Source: Polyangiales bacterium
GTDB taxonomy: Bacteria > Myxococcota_A > Polyangia > Polyangiales > Polyangiaceae
Reading direction: 5' to 3'
Length of the DNA: 64,000 nt
NCBI GenBank assembly: GCA_038231275.1
Contig: JBBRLQ010000026.1
Location: forward strand, 32,001 to 96,000
A model generated the notes under the pieces. It did no database searches. It worked only from the letters and a program-made list of their open reading frames with translations, and was not told the DNA's origin. Position 1 is the stretch's first letter; every line of letters begins with the position of its first letter. The position numbers and the translations under genes are program-made. This document shows, piece after piece, positions 48,547 through 56,626 of the stretch.

Positions 48547-49527
48547 CTACCGCGCCGGCCCGAACGTGCGCGCGAGGCACGCCTGATGATCGAGCTTCGG
48601 GCTCCAGCCGAGGACCTCGCGCGCGCGGCGGTAGTCGAATTTGAGCGGCTTCATGCGCGACTCGAAGCGGTTCGGGATGAGGATGCCCGGCACCTTGGTC
48701 GCCGTGCGGAAGACGGTGGCGTACGCGAGGCGAACGGCGGAGATGCCCAGCGCGTACGGCACGGGGAGCCGCAGTCCTTTCTCGCCGGTGCCGCGGAGGT
48801 AGTCGGAGAGGTAGCTCCAGATTCGCTCGCCGGGGCCGTCGACGACGTTGAACGTCTGGCCCTTCGCGCGCGGGTCCGTTGCCGCGAGCGCGAAGAGATC
48901 GGCGCAGTTCTCGACGTGCGTGAGCGGGATGCGCGTCATCGGGCCGATGACGATGTGGTGCCGCCCGATCTGCTGGCCGAGAGCGGCGAGGTACGCGTGG
49001 TCTTTGCCCCAGATGAAGCCGGGGCGCAGCACCGTGAGATCCCAGCCGTGGCGCGCGGCGTAGCGACGCGTGACCTTCTCCTGCCAAAATTTCGCGATCG
49101 TGTAGCCGTCGCGACCGAATACGGCCCGCTCGTCGTGGAGCGGCGCGTCCTCGTCGAGGATGCCGCGCGTGGCGCCAAAATCGTAGACCGAGAAGCTGCT
49201 CGCGAGGACCAGGCGCGTGCACGCGCTCTTGGCCATCGCGTCGAGGAGGCGCTCGGTGCCGGCGACGCCGACCGCGAACTGCTGATCCTCGCCGCCGCTC
49301 ACCGCTGCAGCCAAGTGAAGGAGCACGTCGACGCCTTCGAACGCGCGCTCCAGATCGCGCGCCTCGCGGAGATCGGCGCGGAATACCTCCACCCTAGCCG
49401 GCCAGCCGAGATCGTCGACGCGCGCGGCGGGCCTCACCATCGCGCGCACGCTCTCGCCGCGCGCCGCCAGCGCGGTGACGACGTGGCGGCCGAGAAATCC
49501 GCCGGCCCCGGTGACGAGCGCCTTCAC
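48547..49527 (-). CDS. NAD-dependent epimerase/dehydratase
   Basis: TGAGGFLG, HLAA, SS.SVY, YTIAK; GTGA overlap. Confidence 0.92.
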   Translation of the reverse strand: MKALVTGAGGFLGRHVVTALAARGESVRAMVRPAARVDDLGWPARVEVFRADLREARDLERAFEGVDVLLHLAAAVSGGEDQQFAVGVAGTERLLDAMAKSACTRLVLASSFSVYDFGATRGILDEDAPLHDERAVFGRDGYTIAKFWQEKVTRRYAARHGWDLTVLRPGFIWGKDHAYLAALGQQIGRHHIVIGPMTRIPLTHVENCADLFALAATDPRAKGQTFNVVDGPGERIWSYLSDYLRGTGEKGLRLPVPYALGISAVRLAYATVFRTATKVPGILIPNRFESRMKPLKFDYRRAREVLGWSPKLDHQACLARTFGPAR

Positions 49528-50564
49528 GAACGTGGCTCCTTCGGCTTCAGCGCCTCGACCATGCGGTTCACCTCGAGGACGTCGCGCGGCCCGATGGGGA
49601 GCGCGGAGTGATCGGCGAGCGCGAGGTAGGTGCGGCGCAAGTACTCCCACAGGCCCTCGTACGCGCCGGGGCCCTTGAATTTACGGAGGAGCGTGGCGAC
49701 CGCGGCCTTGCCGATCGCGCGGCCTTCGTCGAGGCCGTTCCAGAACGGGCGGAGGGGCTTGGGGCCGCCGTGAACGCCGTCGAAGGTCACGCGCGTCTCG
49801 AAGAGGTTGGCGCTGGCCTGCTGCTTTTCGCCGTACACGCGCAGCCAGAACGCATCGGGCTGCGAGCACGCGCTGAAGCCGAGCGCGGCGGTCCCTCCCT
49901 CGCAGTCGACGACCGCGCGGAGCTCGTCGAACGGGAGGATCGACTCGCGGCGCTTCCTCCAGACGGGGTGCGCCTCGCGGTAGGGACCGACGAACGCGTG
50001 CGCGAGCGACGCCAGGTGCGGCAAGAAATCGGCGATGGCTCCGCCGGGAATCTTGAGCACCGGGTTGGGGACGTTGGGATCGGCGAAGCCGCCGGGTCCG
50101 AAGATGTCGAGGCAGATCAGCACCTCGACGTGGACGACCTTGCCCAGCTCGCCGGAGCGGATGCGTCGCTGGATCTCGAGCGGACCGCGGTTGAAGACGT
50201 AGTTGTAGTCCTCCGTGAGGCCGAGCTTCTTCTCCTCCGCGCGCGCGAGCAGCGTGTCGAGCTCGGCGAAGCTCGCGGTGACGGGCTTTTCCACGATGAC
50301 GTGCGCGCCCGCGTCCAGGCACTCCATCGCGATGCGAAAATGCGTCGTCGGCGGCGTGGTGATGTGGACGACGTCGGGTTTCACCTCGCGCAGCATCTTC
50401 GCGTGATCGGTGAACCACGATTTGGCCCCGAAGCGCGCCGCAGCGGCCTCCGCGGTGGCGCTCGAGAGATCGCACACAGCCGCGATCTCGACGCCGGGCA
50501 GCTGCCGCAAGCATCCCAGATGTTGCCGGGCGATCTGCCCAGCGCCCACGAGCGCAGTCTTCAC
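49524..50564 (-). CDS. Gfo/Idh/MocA family oxidoreductase
   Basis: GAGQIA, TPPTTH, VEKP, GGAIADFLPH; GTGA overlap. Confidence 0.92.
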   Translation of the reverse strand: MKTALVGAGQIARQHLGCLRQLPGVEIAAVCDLSSATAEAAAARFGAKSWFTDHAKMLREVKPDVVHITTPPTTHFRIAMECLDAGAHVIVEKPVTASFAELDTLLARAEEKKLGLTEDYNYVFNRGPLEIQRRIRSGELGKVVHVEVLICLDIFGPGGFADPNVPNPVLKIPGGAIADFLPHLASLAHAFVGPYREAHPVWRKRRESILPFDELRAVVDCEGGTAALGFSACSQPDAFWLRVYGEKQQASANLFETRVTFDGVHGGPKPLRPFWNGLDEGRAIGKAAVATLLRKFKGPGAYEGLWEYLRRTYLALADHSALPIGPRDVLEVNRMVEALKPKEPRS

Positions 50565-51808
50565 GTCGAGCCTCCCGTCCCGCCCAGTACCTGATCGAAG
50601 AATCCCTCGAGTGACGCCGCCGCCGCGCTCCACGAGTACCGCGCCACCGCCAGCGTGCGCGCCGCCTCTCCGATCGTCGCGCCGAGGCGCGGCTCGTCGA
50701 GGAGCCGGATCACCGCCGCCGCGAACGCCGCCGGATCGTCGGCGATGAGGATGTCCTTCTCCGGCGTCGCGTCGATGCCCTCGGCGCCGAGCGTCGTCGA
50801 CACGATCGCCTTGCCCATCGCCATCCCCTCCACGATCTTGAGGCGCGTGCCGCTGCCGACGCGGAGCGGGACGACGATCGCCGCCGCCGATGCGAGGCTC
50901 GGCCGGAGATCCTCGACGAAGCCGGTAATCTCGACGCCGGGGCCGGCGAGATCTCGGATCGCCTGGGGGGGGCGCGCGCCGACGATCTTGCAGCGCGCGC
51001 TCGGTCGCGCCGCGGCGACCCTCGGCCAGATCTCGCGAAGGAGGAACGTCACGCCGTCGATGTTCGGGAACGTCGACAGGAGGCCGAAGAAGACGACAGT
51101 GCGCCCGTCGGGCTTCGGATCGCTGTCGCGCGGCTGGTAGTGGACGACGTCGGCGGCGTTGGGGATCAGGACCACGCGCGCCGCTGGGATCTCGGCGTGG
51201 ATGCGCCGCTCGTCCTCCACGCTGCAGACGCAGAGACCGTCGGAGCCGCGAAACGCCGCGAGCTCTTCGCGACGCAGCTTGCGCCAGTTGAGCGAGCCGT
51301 AGAGGCGCCGCGGGAGGCTGCCGCCGCTCGCGGCCATTTGCCGGGCGAGATCGTAGGCGACCTCGTGGGTGTCGAGGACGACCTTGGGTGGCTTGGTCCC
51401 CGGCGGCGACTTGCGGAGGGCGTAGTGGGCGGAGAAATGGAACTCGAGGTTCACGACGTCGAAGCGCGTTCGCTCGAGGAGGCGATCGAGCGCCGCCTGG
51501 AGGCCTGGCGCCGCGAACTGACGCCGCTCGAAGCTGTGCATCGACGCGAGCGACCGAAGCTGCTGAACGCGCTTCGCCGCGCCGTTTCCGCCGCGCGGGT
51601 TGTCGACGAGCACCACCTCGCGGCAATACTCCTTCATCGCGCGCTCGCACGCCTTGGCGTCGAAGTCGCCGTCGACGAGGGACAGGGCGGTGACGTCGTG
51701 CCGGCGCGCGAGCTCCGTCAGGAGGCCGTGCATGCGCGCCTGCGCACCGAACCCCGGCGGGCTGGGCGGAAAGGGAGACACGCTTAGGATCTGGAGACGC
51801 CCCGACAC
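50561..51808 (-). CDS. Glycosyltransferase family 4
   Basis: PFPP..G...R, IPNAAD, PNIDG, GTRLKIVEGMAMG. Start uncertain (GTG 51808 or ATG 51886). Confidence 0.9.
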   Translation of the reverse strand: MSGRLQILSVSPFPPSPPGFGAQARMHGLLTELARRHDVTALSLVDGDFDAKACERAMKEYCREVVLVDNPRGGNGAAKRVQQLRSLASMHSFERRQFAAPGLQAALDRLLERTRFDVVNLEFHFSAHYALRKSPPGTKPPKVVLDTHEVAYDLARQMAASGGSLPRRLYGSLNWRKLRREELAAFRGSDGLCVCSVEDERRIHAEIPAARVVLIPNAADVVHYQPRDSDPKPDGRTVVFFGLLSTFPNIDGVTFLLREIWPRVAAARPSARCKIVGARPPQAIRDLAGPGVEITGFVEDLRPSLASAAAIVVPLRVGSGTRLKIVEGMAMGKAIVSTTLGAEGIDATPEKDILIADDPAAFAAAVIRLLDEPRLGATIGEAARTLAVARYSWSAAAASLEGFFDQVLGGTGGST

Positions 51809-51913
51809 CGAGCCGCGAGAGATACCACAGCTCGGGCCGCTCCGAGGGCCGCGCGGAGGCACGGAGGGCGTGACTCCCGCGCGCATCCATGGTCTGGTTC
51901 GATCGGCAAACGA

Positions 51914-53854
51914 ATGTGCGGAATCGCCGGAATCCTCGGGCGCGTGGGCGACCGAAATCGCGCCGCGCTCCGCCGGATGAGCGCCGCGATGCTCCACCGC
52001 GGCCCTGACGCCGACGGCACCTGGGAGGCTCCGCCCGACGATCGGGGGCGCGGCGTCCTCCTGGCGCATCGTCGTCTCTCGATCATCGATCTGTCACCGG
52101 CGGGCGCGCAGCCGATGATCGATCCGGTCACCGGGCACGTCACGGTCTACAACGGCGAAATCTACAACTACCAGGCGGTGCGCGAGGAGCTCGCATCGGA
52201 GGGGCAGAGGTTCGCGTCGACCGGCGACACGGCGGTCATGCTCCGCGCGCTCTCGGTCCACGGGCGGCGCGCGCTGACGAAGCTGCGCGGGATGTTCGCG
52301 CTGGCGCTCTGGGATCCGGCGCGGCGCGAGCTCCTCCTCGCGCGCGATCCGCTGGGAATCAAGCCGATTTACGTCGCACGAAACTCGGACCCCGACGGAG
52401 ACTGGTCGATTGCGTTCGCCTCCGAGGTGCGCGCGATCCTGGCGTCGGGCCTCCTGGGGACGGCGCGCCTCGATCCGCAGGCGGCGGCGTCGGTCGCGTG
52501 GAACGGCTTCGTCGTGGGGCCGCGCACGGTCGTGGCGGGCGTCGAGCTCCTGTCGTCCGGGGCGGCGCGCGTCTACGACGCGGGGGGAACGCAGGTGGCG
52601 TCGGAGGAGTACTGGTCCATGCCGGCGCCCGGTCACGGATCTCCGGCGACGGAGGCCGAGCTGGCGCGCGCGCTGGAGGAGTGCCTGCGCCTGCACCTCA
52701 TCGCCGACGTGCCGCTCGGGATTTTTCTCTCGAGTGGGATCGACTCGTCGGCGGTCGCGAACCTCGCGCAGCGCGCGGCCCCGGGCGGCGTGCGAACGTT
52801 CACGCTGGCGTTCGAGGAGAAAGAGTTCGACGAGGGAGCGTGGGCGAAGAAGATCGCCAAGGCGATCGGCACGCAGCACCAGGAGGTCGTGCTCACCGAG
52901 CAGGCGTTCGTCACCGGCCTCGAGACCGCGCTCGACACACTCGATCAGCCGACGTTCGACGGGCTCAACTCCTACTTCATGTCGCGCGCCGTCCGCGACG
53001 CCGGCTTCACGGTGGCGCTCGTGGGGACCGGCGGCGACGAGCTCTTCGGCGGCTACACGTCGTTCCGCGATCTGCCTGCGCTCCTCGCGTGGTCCAAGCG
53101 CGCGCGCAGGATTCCACGCGGCGCGCTCGTCGGCCTCGCGCGCAAAGTCGTGGCGACGCTGCAGCCCGAGCGCGGCTCATTCCCGCGGCAAACACGCTGG
53201 GCGAAGCTCCCCGACATGATCCGAGACGGCGACGATCTGCTCGCCCTCTACCAGCTCGCCTACGCGCTCTTCTTGCCGAGCACCCAGCGCGAGCTCGTCG
53301 GCGACGACGCCGCCCGCGCCTTGGTCGACGGCCTGCCCGCCGAGATGCACGCGCGCGTCGTCCGCGATACGCGCGGGCGATCTCCGCTGTCGGCGCTCAG
53401 CGTGATGGAAGAGCGCCTCTTCCTCGGCGAGCGCCTCCTCCGCGACAACGACGCCGCGAGCATGGCCGCGTCGATCGAGCAGCGCCTGCCCCTCGTCGAT
53501 CAGGTGCTGTTCGAGACGGTGGATCGCCTCCCCGAAACCGTGCGCTATGCGCCGGTGAGAAAGAAGGCGGCGCTGAGGCGCGTTGGGCTCGCTGGGCTCG
53601 ACCCCGCGCTCTTCAATCGCCCCAAGGTCGGCTTCGTCCTCCCGTTCGACCGCTGGATCCGGCAAGGACTGACCAAGGCCGTCGACGAGACGCTGCGGGA
53701 TGCCGCGGCGGTTCGCGCGGCAGGCCTTCGCGCAGAGCCGGTCGAGCGCCTATGGCGAGCGTTCCAGGCCGGCGCGCCCGGCGTATACTGGTCGCGCGTG
53801 TGGTCGCTCTACGCGCACGTCCGCTGGTGCCATCGCCACAAGGTCCTCGCATGA
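51914..53854 (+). CDS. asnB: Asparagine synthase family amidotransferase (second copy)
   Basis: MCGI, HRGPD, YNGEIYN, SSGIDSS, GTGGDE, EQRLPLVD. Confidence 0.93.
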   Translation: MCGIAGILGRVGDRNRAALRRMSAAMLHRGPDADGTWEAPPDDRGRGVLLAHRRLSIIDLSPAGAQPMIDPVTGHVTVYNGEIYNYQAVREELASEGQRFASTGDTAVMLRALSVHGRRALTKLRGMFALALWDPARRELLLARDPLGIKPIYVARNSDPDGDWSIAFASEVRAILASGLLGTARLDPQAAASVAWNGFVVGPRTVVAGVELLSSGAARVYDAGGTQVASEEYWSMPAPGHGSPATEAELARALEECLRLHLIADVPLGIFLSSGIDSSAVANLAQRAAPGGVRTFTLAFEEKEFDEGAWAKKIAKAIGTQHQEVVLTEQAFVTGLETALDTLDQPTFDGLNSYFMSRAVRDAGFTVALVGTGGDELFGGYTSFRDLPALLAWSKRARRIPRGALVGLARKVVATLQPERGSFPRQTRWAKLPDMIRDGDDLLALYQLAYALFLPSTQRELVGDDAARALVDGLPAEMHARVVRDTRGRSPLSALSVMEERLFLGERLLRDNDAASMAASIEQRLPLVDQVLFETVDRLPETVRYAPVRKKAALRRVGLAGLDPALFNRPKVGFVLPFDRWIRQGLTKAVDETLRDAAAVRAAGLRAEPVERLWRAFQAGAPGVYWSRVWSLYAHVRWCHRHKVLA

Positions 53855-54840
53855 GCTCGCGCAAGTACTGCCTCATCACCCCGTGCCGCGACGAAGCGAA
53901 GTACGCGAGGCGCACGCTCGACTCCGTCACGGGCCAGACCGAGCCCCCTACCCTCTGGGTCATCGTCGACGACGGCTCCAAGGACGAGACACCCGCGATC
54001 CTCGCCGACTACGCCGCGCGCTTTCCGTTCATCCGCGTCGTGACGCGCGCCGATCGCGGCGCTCGGAAGGTCGGCGGCGGCGTCATCGACGCGTTTTACT
54101 CCGGGTGGGACACGATCACGCCGAGCGACTTCGACTACGTCTGCAAGCTGGACCTCGATCTGGATCTTCCGCCCGCCTACTTCGCCGGCCTCATGGACCG
54201 GATGGAGGCTGGACCGCGCATCGGCACCTGCTCGGGAAAGCCCTATTTTTTCCCTGAAAGCACCGCCGACGACGTCGTCACATTTCCACTGTCCGATCCC
54301 AGCTCGGTCGGCCTTGTCTCCGAGATGATTGGCGACGAGCACTCCGTCGGGATGACCAAGTTCTACCGAACGAGCTGCTTCGCGCAGATCGGCGGCTTCG
54401 TGCGCGAGGTGATGTGGGACGGCATCGACAGCCACCGCTGCCGCCAGCTCGGGTGGATCGCGGTGTCGTGGGACGATCCCGCGCTGCGCTTCGTGCATCT
54501 CAGGCCGATGGGGACGAGCCAGAAGAACTGGTGGACCGGCCGCGTTCGCCACGGCTTCGGGCAGTACTTCATGGGCACCGCGCCGGTGTACATGCTGGCG
54601 AGCGCGATCTACCGCATGACGCGGCCGCCGCTCGTCGTCGGCGGCATCGCGATGATGCACGGCTACCTGGACAGCATGGTCAAAGGGAAGCCGCGGTACG
54701 GGACGCCGGAGTTCCGGGCGTTCTTGCGGCGCTACCAGCTCGCGTGCCTCGTGAAGGGCAAGAAGCGCGCGACAGAGGAGCTCGACGCAGAGCAGGCCGC
54801 GCGCTGGCATCCGTCGCCAGAGGACGCGCCGCGCTCGTGA
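53851..54840 (+). CDS. Glycosyltransferase family 2
   Basis: ITPCRDE, VDDGSKD, KLDLD, MWDGID; ATGA overlap. Confidence 0.9.
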   Translation: MSSRKYCLITPCRDEAKYARRTLDSVTGQTEPPTLWVIVDDGSKDETPAILADYAARFPFIRVVTRADRGARKVGGGVIDAFYSGWDTITPSDFDYVCKLDLDLDLPPAYFAGLMDRMEAGPRIGTCSGKPYFFPESTADDVVTFPLSDPSSVGLVSEMIGDEHSVGMTKFYRTSCFAQIGGFVREVMWDGIDSHRCRQLGWIAVSWDDPALRFVHLRPMGTSQKNWWTGRVRHGFGQYFMGTAPVYMLASAIYRMTRPPLVVGGIAMMHGYLDSMVKGKPRYGTPEFRAFLRRYQLACLVKGKKRATEELDAEQAARWHPSPEDAPRS

Positions 54841-56618
54841 CGACGGGCCTCGCCATCCCCGTCGTCTTCGGGCCCGCGGGCCGCGCGATCTCGGGGTTTC
54901 ATCACCCGGCGCGCGCCGCGGATGGACGCACGCGCGCCATCGGTATCGTCTTGTGCAATCCGCTCGGGTACGACGCGATGTGCACGCACCGCACGTACCG
55001 TCACCTCGCCGAGCGCGCGGCCGAGCACGGATTTCAGACGCTGCGCTTCGACTACGAAGGGACCGGAGACTCCGCCGGTCGCCCGGACTCGCCCGATCGC
55101 GGGCGGGCGTGGCTCGACAGCGTCGCATTCGCGATCGACGAGTTGCGCGCGCGCTCAGGCGTCGAGAAGGTCGCGCTCTTCGGCGTACGGTTCGGCGCGA
55201 CCCTCGCGGCAACGGCGGCGGCGACGCGCGACGACGTGGACGCGCTGATCTTGTGGGCGCCGTGCGCGTCGGGGCGCGCGTACGTGCGCGAGCTCCGCGC
55301 GTTCCGGATGATCAAGGCGAAGGAAGCGCCGAAGGCGAGCGACGTGGGCGACGAGGAGGTGGCGGGCTACCTCTTCGACAAGGCGACCGTGGCGGACATG
55401 AGCGCGCTCGATCTCCTCGCTCGCCGTGAGCGGCCGGCGCGACGCGTGCTCGTCGTCCCGCGTGATCTGGCGTCGGCAGAGGCCCGCCTGGTCACGCACC
55501 TCGAGGCGGTGGGCGCCGCGGTGACCGTCGCGCGTGAGTCGGGGTACGCACTGATGATGCGCGATCCGCAGGACACGATCGTCCCCGTCGGCACGTTGGA
55601 CGGGATCGTCGAGTGGCTGGCGCACGGAGAGCCCTTGGATTCGCCGCACCCTCCCTCTCGAGACCATGCGCCTCCGCCCGTGCTCACCACGACCGCCGCG
55701 TCGGGCGCCGAGGTCCGCGAAGAGGCCGTGCAGTTCGGCGACGGCGACCGCCTGTTCGGCGTGGTCACCGAGCCCATCGCGCGCGAGTGCCTCGCGGGCG
55801 GCCCGACGATCTTGTTCTTGAACGTGGGCGCGAACCACCGCGTCGGGCCGAACCGCATGTACGTCTCGATGGCGCGTGACCTCGCCGCGCTCGGCTACCG
55901 CGGCATGCGCTTCGACGTGGCCGGCCTCGGCGACAGCCGCATCGCCCCCGGCGCGCCCGAGAACCGGCTCTATTCGAAGGACTCCGTCGTCGACGTGAAA
56001 GCGGCGATGGACTTTCTCGAGAAGACGCGCGGCGCGAGGCGCTTCGTCCTCCTCGGGTTGTGCTCGGGCGCGTACCTCGCCTTTCATACCGCCGTCGAGG
56101 ACCCTCGCGTCGTCGGTCAGGTGCTCTTGAACCCACAGACCTTCGAGTGGAAAGAGGGGGACTCGCTCGAGCTCTCGATGCGAAAGAGCTTCCTCTCGAC
56201 CCGCTACTACGCGCGCGCGCTCTTGGAGCCGGCGATGTGGAAGCGGCTCGTACGCGGGCGAGTCAACGTGCGCGGCGTCATGGGTGCCCTGCGCGAGCGA
56301 ATGGCGACGCAGGCGCGCGCCCGCGCGGAGGCGCTACGTGCACGGCTCACCGGCCAGCGCGAGCCGCAGACCGACATCGAGCGCGCGTTCGTCGCCATCT
56401 CCGATCGCGGCGTCGCTTCGCTGCTGGTCTTCAGCTTCGATGACGGGGGCCTCGACATGATCGAGCAGCACCTCGGCCGGAACGTCCGCAAGATGGCCCG
56501 GCGAAAGAACTTCCATTTCGAAATCGTGGACGGCGCCGACCACACTTTCACCCCCATCCACTCGCAGCACACGCTGCACGGGATCGTCACCCGCTACGTG
56601 ACGGCCAGCTTCGGCTGA
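54837..56618 (+). CDS. Tandem double alpha/beta-hydrolase-fold protein
   Basis: Domain 1: RFDYEGTGDS, GVRFG. Domain 2: RFDVAGLGDS, GLCSG, ADHTF. GTGA overlap. Confidence 0.88.
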   Translation: MTTGLAIPVVFGPAGRAISGFHHPARAADGRTRAIGIVLCNPLGYDAMCTHRTYRHLAERAAEHGFQTLRFDYEGTGDSAGRPDSPDRGRAWLDSVAFAIDELRARSGVEKVALFGVRFGATLAATAAATRDDVDALILWAPCASGRAYVRELRAFRMIKAKEAPKASDVGDEEVAGYLFDKATVADMSALDLLARRERPARRVLVVPRDLASAEARLVTHLEAVGAAVTVARESGYALMMRDPQDTIVPVGTLDGIVEWLAHGEPLDSPHPPSRDHAPPPVLTTTAASGAEVREEAVQFGDGDRLFGVVTEPIARECLAGGPTILFLNVGANHRVGPNRMYVSMARDLAALGYRGMRFDVAGLGDSRIAPGAPENRLYSKDSVVDVKAAMDFLEKTRGARRFVLLGLCSGAYLAFHTAVEDPRVVGQVLLNPQTFEWKEGDSLELSMRKSFLSTRYYARALLEPAMWKRLVRGRVNVRGVMGALRERMATQARARAEALRARLTGQREPQTDIERAFVAISDRGVASLLVFSFDDGGLDMIEQHLGRNVRKMARRKNFHFEIVDGADHTFTPIHSQHTLHGIVTRYVTASFG

Positions 56619-56626
56619 TTTTCTTC

